64,000 bases of DNA from Patescibacteria group bacterium (GTDB lineage Bacteria > Patescibacteriota > Minisyncoccia > Phycocordibacterales > Phycocordibacteraceae), in assembly GCA_018971045.1 (NCBI GenBank), contig JAGWVF010000003.1:42793-106792 (forward strand), read 5' to 3'. Shown one piece after another: positions 58,211 to 64,000 of this stretch. The notes beneath the pieces were generated by a model. It worked only from the letters and a program-made list of their open reading frames with translations. It was not told the DNA's origin and made no database searches. Position 1 is the stretch's first letter. Each line of letters begins with the position of its first letter. The translations under genes were made by a program, and so were the position numbers.

Positions 58211-60072
58211 TTCTTTCTTAGCACAACAATACTTTCTTTATTCATTGTTTCCTCTAAAGCACCTACAATATTCGTCGGGGAATTTTTGATTGGCATTCTT
58301 TTGCCCGGGATATTTCGAACAACTATATCCTCGCAAGTAAAACCGATTTTTTCTGCCAGTTCAGCAATAATAAAATCGGTTGGAATTCTAACTTGTTTTA
58401 CTAATCTATTGCCCACAACAAGACAAAAATATTTTTTAGGTTTTAAGATTGTATGTGCTTGTTTCAAACAGTCATTCAATCCAATATAAAAACTTAAAAC
58501 ATCCTTGGCTCTTACTTCATCCTGCTTTGCTATCTTCTCTAAAGATTCTTTAAGAAAGTCGGACGAAAGCATATGTGATAGGTTTTTGGTGGCTCTACCG
58601 CCAAGTAGTTCATTATCCACGCCAGAGGCATCGTTTGGGTCATTAAAAATATCAATCCACTGTGCCGAAAGACGAGAAAATTGTCCGTAAGCAACCGTGG
58701 TTCTACTATCTCCATATGGTGGAGAAGTAATAACGCAATCAATTGAATTTGGCTTTATGCCGGTTGTTTTTGATGAATCTCCATAAATAATTTTTGTCCA
58801 CGAATCTTTGTCGGCATCTTTATAAAATTCTGCCATTCCCGCTATATTTTTCTCGGCATTTTTGCGGAAGATCGCTAAGACATTCGGATCGTGTTTTTCA
58901 AGTTTCTCTCCTTTTACACGCACAAGTTTGAATTCTCCAGTTTTTGTGTTGGAGGAATAGCGAACAGTCTCACTAAAAGCAACCATTAAGAAACTTTGAA
59001 TTGATTCGTCTTTTATATCGCGTATGACTTTTTTCAACTTGGCAAGCTGAACAATTACTTTATCTTTAAACCAAAAATCTATATTCTTAAAATCTGGTCG
59101 CTTTATTTCATTATCTTTGATTTTTTCTACTCTATCAAGCAAAGCTAAATATACTTTTGTTAGTTTTTGTGGATTGATCGGGACTGTCTTTGCGTGAGCA
59201 AGAAAAATAGCCAAAGGATTAAGATCAATGCCGTAAGCATTTCTACCTATTAATCTACTTTCAACAAGAGCAGTGCCTGAACCGCAAAAAATATCACAAA
59301 TAGTGTCGCCCTTTTTGCTGTAAGTTTCTAATAATCTTCTGCCGACCTGCGGAATGAACATTGCGGGATAGGTGTGTATTCCGTGTGTATACGATTTTGT
59401 TTTTTCGCCTCTATAATCCCACGAATAATCTATTTTACGGACATATTTTTCAGTTCTTGATTGCCCTCGATCAAGTTGTGATTCAAGATTGCGAATTATT
59501 TTTACGACAACACCCCTAACTTCTACTTCGTCGCGATATATCGGGAATAAAGTCGGGTTTGCAGGTTGTAATCTAAACTTTCCATTCTCACGATAAAGTT
59601 TTTTTAGAGTTGCTTCGTTGTCATCAATTACGGCGACAACTGTTTGGCCGTTCTCTGCTACTTCTTGTTTTCGTATAACAACAATATCGCCATCAAAGAT
59701 ACCCTCATTAATCATACTGCTACCTAGAACGCGCAAAGCATAATGTTTGCCTTGCTGTCCAATTTCATCTTTTGTGATTGTGATAGTCTCGTCTGGAATT
59801 TCTATAGCTTCAATTGGCTGACCAGCGGCGATTACTCCAAGGATAGGAATCTCTATCATCTGTTTTGCCTCAACTGTCGAAACAGCACGAGGTTGGTTGT
59901 GTTCTTTGTTCAGAAATCCTGCCTCTTGTAACTTCGTGATGTAATAGTGGGAAGTAGAGACAGAGGCAAGTTTAAATTTTCGCTTGATTTCCTCAAGAGA
60001 GGGAGCATAGCCCCTCTTTGTCCTATAGGTTTTGATGAAATCAAGGACTTGTGCTTGCTTTTTTGTAAGCAT
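58207..60072 (-). CDS. LexA repressor fused to an amino-(probably N4-cytosine) DNA methyltransferase
   Basis: aa 1-~195 is LexA (LT.KQ..L..I, PS..EI, AAG cleavage site, GSSM Ser, ATLKK Lys). The rest has H.YPA.F, DIFCGSGT (motif I) and TSPPY (motif IV). Confidence 0.9.
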   Translation of the reverse strand: MLTKKQAQVLDFIKTYRTKRGYAPSLEEIKRKFKLASVSTSHYYITKLQEAGFLNKEHNQPRAVSTVEAKQMIEIPILGVIAAGQPIEAIEIPDETITITKDEIGQQGKHYALRVLGSSMINEGIFDGDIVVIRKQEVAENGQTVVAVIDDNEATLKKLYRENGKFRLQPANPTLFPIYRDEVEVRGVVVKIIRNLESQLDRGQSRTEKYVRKIDYSWDYRGEKTKSYTHGIHTYPAMFIPQVGRRLLETYSKKGDTICDIFCGSGTALVESRLIGRNAYGIDLNPLAIFLAHAKTVPINPQKLTKVYLALLDRVEKIKDNEIKRPDFKNIDFWFKDKVIVQLAKLKKVIRDIKDESIQSFLMVAFSETVRYSSNTKTGEFKLVRVKGEKLEKHDPNVLAIFRKNAEKNIAGMAEFYKDADKDSWTKIIYGDSSKTTGIKPNSIDCVITSPPYGDSRTTVAYGQFSRLSAQWIDIFNDPNDASGVDNELLGGRATKNLSHMLSSDFLKESLEKIAKQDEVRAKDVLSFYIGLNDCLKQAHTILKPKKYFCLVVGNRLVKQVRIPTDFIIAELAEKIGFTCEDIVVRNIPGKRMPIKNSPTNIVGALEETMNKESIVVLRKN

Positions 60073-60078
60073 AAGAAT

Positions 60079-60108
60079 ATTATAGAAAATAAATAGAAAG
60101 TATACAAA
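60079..60108 (-). promoter_or_regulatory. Leaderless promoter of lexA-MTase with direct repeats (candidate operator)
   Basis: TTGTAT-17-TATAAT-6nt-ATG; ATAGAAA at 60082 and 60093, ATACAAA at 60102 (+ strand). Confidence 0.55.
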
Positions 60109-60243
60109 TTTAGTTATTCACAACGGATGAACTTTGTAATACACTCTTTAATTGCTGTATATTTTTATCAAAAATCGCGAAGTTAAGCCGTATTTTCGGT
60201 TCAAACTTCCGGAAATCGTCACCACACTTGATCCTGCACTCGC

Positions 60244-61725
60244 TTATATCGACGCGATGTTGTCGTAAAATTGAACGTCCTGGCGATAGCCTCCGTGTCC
60301 GTCGCCGATCGTTCGCAGGTCATCCACGAATTCTATCGATTTCAAATATTTCACCATCTTGAAGCCGAGCCGCGATTCGGCTCGTACTCTGAGCGGCGCG
60401 CCGTGCTCGAGCGGGAGCGGCTTTCCGTTCATTTCGTAAGCGAGAATTGACTGCGGCATCATCATCTCTTTAAGCGTGAAGCTCCCATAGTACTTCCGGC
60501 CTTCGACGCCTTCCGTATCGTACTTCGTATCGTACGCGTAAAATACCATGTACCGCGCCTTCGAAAACGGCTCTACCCTTTTTATAAGATCGGACACGGA
60601 CACTCCGCCCCACTTGGCGACTCCCGACCATCCCTGGATGCAATTATGCTTCGTGATTTGCTCGACTTTCGTGAATTCGCGCTTTAGATCTTCAAGCGAT
60701 AAGCTACACGGCCGCTTCACGAGCCCGCCGATCTCGAGCTTCCAGTCCTTGAAGTCATTCTCCTTAAGCGTCTGCCAATCCGCGTCTCTTGGCGGCGGGC
60801 CGTTCACGATGAAGTAGGGGGAAATATCCTTCTCCGTGTACGCTTGGCGCGAAGGAAGCCGTCCGAGAATCCGCATAAATACGTTTACGAACGGGTCGAG
60901 GATATCCTGAACGCGGCGCTGGTGGCGCAGGGTATACCACGTGATGGCTACATTCAAAAGAATCATAAAGAGGATCGCGAGCCAGAAAATGGTGATGGCG
61001 AGATTCCAGTTACCCGTCGGTCCGCCGACGGTGATATTCATGATGAGCGTTCGGCTATGCACGAACGCGACCAGCGTTACGTGGATGATGACGAAGACGA
61101 CGAAAGAAACAAACCCCAAAAAATGCAGACTGCGCGCCGCCTGCTTGCCGCCGAGCATTTTGGAGTACCAAGGGAAGCGTCCGATGAACGACGGCGACAT
61201 TCCGAGTCCGGTGATGATCTGGAGCGGCGAGAGGATGAATATGATGATGAAATAGGTAAGCTGTTGCAGAGGATCGAACGGATTGTAAGCGGCAAGAGGC
61301 GGGACGTGGAAACTGGCGTACGTGAGAAACGTGTGCCACGCGTCCGGAAAGATAGACCAGCTGACGGGCACGTACCGCAACCACTCGCCGGTTGCGAAAA
61401 GGAGCGTTACGTAGATGAAGCCGTTCGTTACCCAGAGAATCGCCGTGAAGAAATGCCAGCGCCGCGCCGCGCCGAGATTATGGCGTCCGCCGGTAATTCC
61501 CAAAACCGGATTGATCGCTTCCGCCTGATCGAGAGACGTCCAGAGCTTATCTTTGGGCATCACTTTCTTGCCGAATTTTATCCATTCGCTCCCGGGAGCG
61601 CAGTCGTCGTTCCAATACAGCATCGGGTGGTCGGCGAGAATCTGCATGCCGCTCCGCATAAGGAGCGTCATAAAAATGATATTCAAATAATGGCCGATCC
61701 GTAACCAGAGCGGGAATCCGAGCAT
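60244..61725 (-). CDS. Cytochrome b-like membrane domain fused to an MsrP/sulfite-oxidase-like molybdopterin domain
   Basis: R..H..N, R.WHF, ARSLHF and H in TM helices; HNCIQGWS, W.GV, HGAPLR and GFKMVKY. Confidence 0.88.
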   Translation of the reverse strand: MLGFPLWLRIGHYLNIIFMTLLMRSGMQILADHPMLYWNDDCAPGSEWIKFGKKVMPKDKLWTSLDQAEAINPVLGITGGRHNLGAARRWHFFTAILWVTNGFIYVTLLFATGEWLRYVPVSWSIFPDAWHTFLTYASFHVPPLAAYNPFDPLQQLTYFIIIFILSPLQIITGLGMSPSFIGRFPWYSKMLGGKQAARSLHFLGFVSFVVFVIIHVTLVAFVHSRTLIMNITVGGPTGNWNLAITIFWLAILFMILLNVAITWYTLRHQRRVQDILDPFVNVFMRILGRLPSRQAYTEKDISPYFIVNGPPPRDADWQTLKENDFKDWKLEIGGLVKRPCSLSLEDLKREFTKVEQITKHNCIQGWSGVAKWGGVSVSDLIKRVEPFSKARYMVFYAYDTKYDTEGVEGRKYYGSFTLKEMMMPQSILAYEMNGKPLPLEHGAPLRVRAESRLGFKMVKYLKSIEFVDDLRTIGDGHGGYRQDVQFYDNIASI

Positions 61726-61853
61726 AGATCCAGTATACTCCTATTCCGAATGTCGTTGTCAATTCTCACTCTACGGTGTAGTGTTGATTTGGATTGTAGT
61801 ACGGCAAATGCACAGCCGAGAAAAATGTGCATGTTCACAAACGGAGAAATAGA

Positions 61854-62210
61854 ATGGCTAGGAGTGTTATTGTGGTGTGCGATTCAATCGAAAATCGCCG
61901 GCGCAGTCTCGTTGAGCTGCTTTTATTTTATAATCATGCTGTTCACGAGGTTGACAATCCGCGCGACGCGCTTCGTGCCTCCGCGCAGTACGAGTCTGAC
62001 CTCGTGGTGATGGACGACCATATTCCGGCATCCGGGATGACCGGCCGGCAAGCCGCGAGCCTGCTCGCCAAGCGCGAGGCCGCGGTACTGATCATGACTG
62101 ATGACCCCACGAAGGCTTCCAGTCGCAGCTGGATTATGCGGCCATTTGAGCCGCAAACATTTCTCAATAAGATCAACGGACTTCTTTCGCCGGCTTTCGC
62201 GGCGAAATAA
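61854..62210 (+). CDS. Atypical stand-alone receiver-domain protein
   Basis: VVCDS, VVMDD, IMT and MRPF (Lys to Arg); GGAG SD upstream and a terminator downstream. Confidence 0.65.
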   Translation: MARSVIVVCDSIENRRRSLVELLLFYNHAVHEVDNPRDALRASAQYESDLVVMDDHIPASGMTGRQAASLLAKREAAVLIMTDDPTKASSRSWIMRPFEPQTFLNKINGLLSPAFAAK

Positions 62211-62228
62211 ACAGAGAGTTCACACGGT

Positions 62229-62259
62229 CGCCGGCGCTTCGCGCCGGCGGTTTTCTTTC
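62229..62259 (+). terminator. Intrinsic terminator
   Basis: CGCCGGCGC-TTC-GCGCCGGCG followed by a T-rich tract. Confidence 0.75.
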
Positions 62260-62275
62260 TGTGAGAGGACGGCCG

Positions 62276-62950
62276 CTACGCCTTCGCATCAGCGATGATT
62301 CTCCCGTCGTCAATCTTGACGAGCCGCTCCGCGTATCGCGCATACTCTTCCTCGTGCGTTACCATGATGATCGTTTGTCCGCCCTCGTGAAGCTCTTTAA
62401 AAATATTCATCACGACCCCTGAAGACTCTTTATCGAGATTCGCGGTCGGCTCGTCGGCGAAGAGAATCGCGGGCGCGTGAGCGATCGCCCGCGAGATGGA
62501 GACGCGCTGCTGCTCTCCTCCCGAGAGCTGGCTGGGAAGATTCGAGAGCCTTTCTCCGAGACCGACTCGATTGAGCGCCTCCCGCGCCTTCTCATTGGCG
62601 ATCGCCCGCGGGATATTTTGCATATACAGCGGAAGAGCCGTGTTCTCAAGCGCCGTCAGCTCGGGAAGAAGCGCGTAATCCTGAAACACGTACCCGAACT
62701 CGGAAAGACGGAACCGCATCTTCTCGCGCTCGCTCATGCGGCTCGTCTCCTTGCCGTCTATAACGATTTCTCCCGAAGTAGGTTCGTCAAGAAGAGATAT
62801 TTGATACAAAAAAGTGCTCTTCCCCGCCCCCGAACGGCCCATGATCGCCACGAATTCTCCTTGATCGGCCGCAAACGTAATGCCTTTCAATACATGCGTT
62901 ACGACGGTTCCGTCGGTAAACGATTTTACGATATCCTTTGCTTGAATCAT
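62276..62950 (-). CDS. ABC exporter ATP-binding protein (MacB/LolD family)
   Basis: GRSGAGKST, LSGGEQQR and ADEPT; start reassigned to MIQAKD. Confidence 0.93.
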   Translation of the reverse strand: MIQAKDIVKSFTDGTVVTHVLKGITFAADQGEFVAIMGRSGAGKSTFLYQISLLDEPTSGEIVIDGKETSRMSEREKMRFRLSEFGYVFQDYALLPELTALENTALPLYMQNIPRAIANEKAREALNRVGLGERLSNLPSQLSGGEQQRVSISRAIAHAPAILFADEPTANLDKESSGVVMNIFKELHEGGQTIIMVTHEEEYARYAERLVKIDDGRIIADAKA

Positions 62951-62952
62951 GG

Positions 62953-64000
62953 CTAGTTGCGTCCGAGGATCGAATTGAGGGTATTCTTCCGAACGATCAT
63001 CCGCGACGGAAGGTACCCCGCGACGATTGTCGCCGCGACGAGGAGCACGATGCGGATGAGCGTGCCGTTCCACGGAGCTACGATGATCGCATTGCTGATC
63101 GGAAGTACGATCGGATGAGCTCCGACATAGGGCACGAGAAATCCGTATAAAAAGAGGAGTCCGACTCCGGCTCCGATCGCGGCGTAAAAGAGCGATTGAA
63201 AAACATACGCCGACTCAATCGCCGCGCCGGAAATCCCGATTCCCTTAAGAATGCCGATGAATTTGCGCCGCGTAACGGCGTTAATAAATATCACGATAAA
63301 GATCGTGATGGCCGCGACCACGAGCCCGACCGAGCTGATCGCGTCGCCGATCAAAGCGAAGGTGTTTTTCACATCCGCGATACCGTTCGGCATCGCGTCG
63401 TCAAAGGTGCGGATTTTCGCATTGGCGCCGATCCCGCTTCGCTTCAAGACGTCGCGGAACGCGGACGGATCGGTTCCGCGGGTAAGGAGAATCGCGATTT
63501 CATTCACGGCATAATCGGTACGCCCCATGAGCATCCGTACCTCCTCGGACGGCATAAACGCGCGCATGGCCAGCGGCGAGTTCGCCGGAACCGAAAGAAT
63601 GCCTTTTACGATCACTTCGCGAGTGTTTCCGTTGATAACCAGACGGACCTTCGTACCTGGATACACATTCCTCAGCGGCGTCAACCCGGGGAATTGTCCG
63701 AATGAATACCGGTCTATCAACTGCGGCCCGAGTAGCACCTCGTCGTAATCTCCGGGAGATAAATACGCGCCCTCGTGCACGTATTTAGATAAATCGGAAA
63801 AAGAATTCTCGGCTACGGCGTCTATGCCGCTTATGACCACTCCCGTTTTATTCGGTTTCGCATTTACGTCGCGAGAAAGATAGTTGGCTTCGAGCGTGCC
63901 GTTCGCCACATACCGCGCAGTAACGCCCGCGACGCCCGGCAAAGACTTGATAAACGCGATGACCTGCGGGCTGTTCTCTATGAAATCTTTTTCATCGAGC
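62953..64000 (-). CDS. FtsX/MacB-type ABC permease; 5' part outside the window
   Basis: IFIVIFIN...R+.IGILK.IG and C-terminal P.R.I....IL. Confidence 0.88.
   Translation of the reverse strand, partial: LDEKDFIENSPQVIAFIKSLPGVAGVTARYVANGTLEANYLSRDVNAKPNKTGVVISGIDAVAENSFSDLSKYVHEGAYLSPGDYDEVLLGPQLIDRYSFGQFPGLTPLRNVYPGTKVRLVINGNTREVIVKGILSVPANSPLAMRAFMPSEEVRMLMGRTDYAVNEIAILLTRGTDPSAFRDVLKRSGIGANAKIRTFDDAMPNGIADVKNTFALIGDAISSVGLVVAAITIFIVIFINAVTRRKFIGILKGIGISGAAIESAYVFQSLFYAAIGAGVGLLFLYGFLVPYVGAHPIVLPISNAIIVAPWNGTLIRIVLLVAATIVAGYLPSRMIVRKNTLNSILGRN

Larger units (their letters stand above)
57470..60200. mobile_element. AT-rich restriction-modification islet beside the tRNA-Ser 3' end (boundaries approximate)
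   Basis: Abrupt visible shift to AT-rich sequence right after the tRNA, returning to GC-rich near 60240. No integrase or clear att duplication. Confidence 0.6.

Noticed and set aside
60198-60225. att duplication of the tRNA-Ser 3' end closing the R-M islet
   Set aside because: Only GGTTCAAA (8 nt) matches, which is too short to support.

Overview
This 64 kb window is GC-rich and gene-dense, uses the standard genetic code, and most likely comes from a Patescibacteria/CPR (Parcubacteria-like) genome. That assignment is inferred from a type IV pilus locus with no secretin gene, tRNAs without encoded CCA, pervasive leaderless starts and typical CPR hypothetical proteins. From left to right it holds: a partial ApbE gene and a DoxX gene; homospermidine synthase; a glycerate kinase-ppsA-eno-D-2-hydroxyacid dehydrogenase operon; zwf; an ECF sigma/anti-sigma pair followed by an FMN-binding protein, an RnfD/FNR fusion and a MacAB-like exporter; an EmrAB-like efflux operon with MarR; and a copper cluster with a possible leader-peptide control element. 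Next comes a ~14 kb accessory region (26.3-40.0 kb) ending at the 3' end of an initiator-type tRNA-Met, then gatA/gatC/ligA, a full pil locus with three tandem pilins, comF and tRNA-Ser(GCT). The window ends with an AT-rich island carrying an MvaI/BcnI endonuclease and an intact LexA fused to an N4-C-type DNA methyltransferase, an MsrP-like/cytochrome b fusion, a receiver protein and a partial ABC exporter. The strongest unexplained signal is a ~60-bp repeat (core GGTTCCTGGCGTCACAACCGTGTTGC) made of the tRNA-Met 3' end plus its trailer. It occurs four times in the same orientation (32301, 35598, 38349, 39973) and splits the accessory region into 1.6-3.3 kb gene blocks with no integrase. This suggests a tRNA-anchored, cassette-accumulating array. 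All calls come from reading motifs by eye; no database searches were run.
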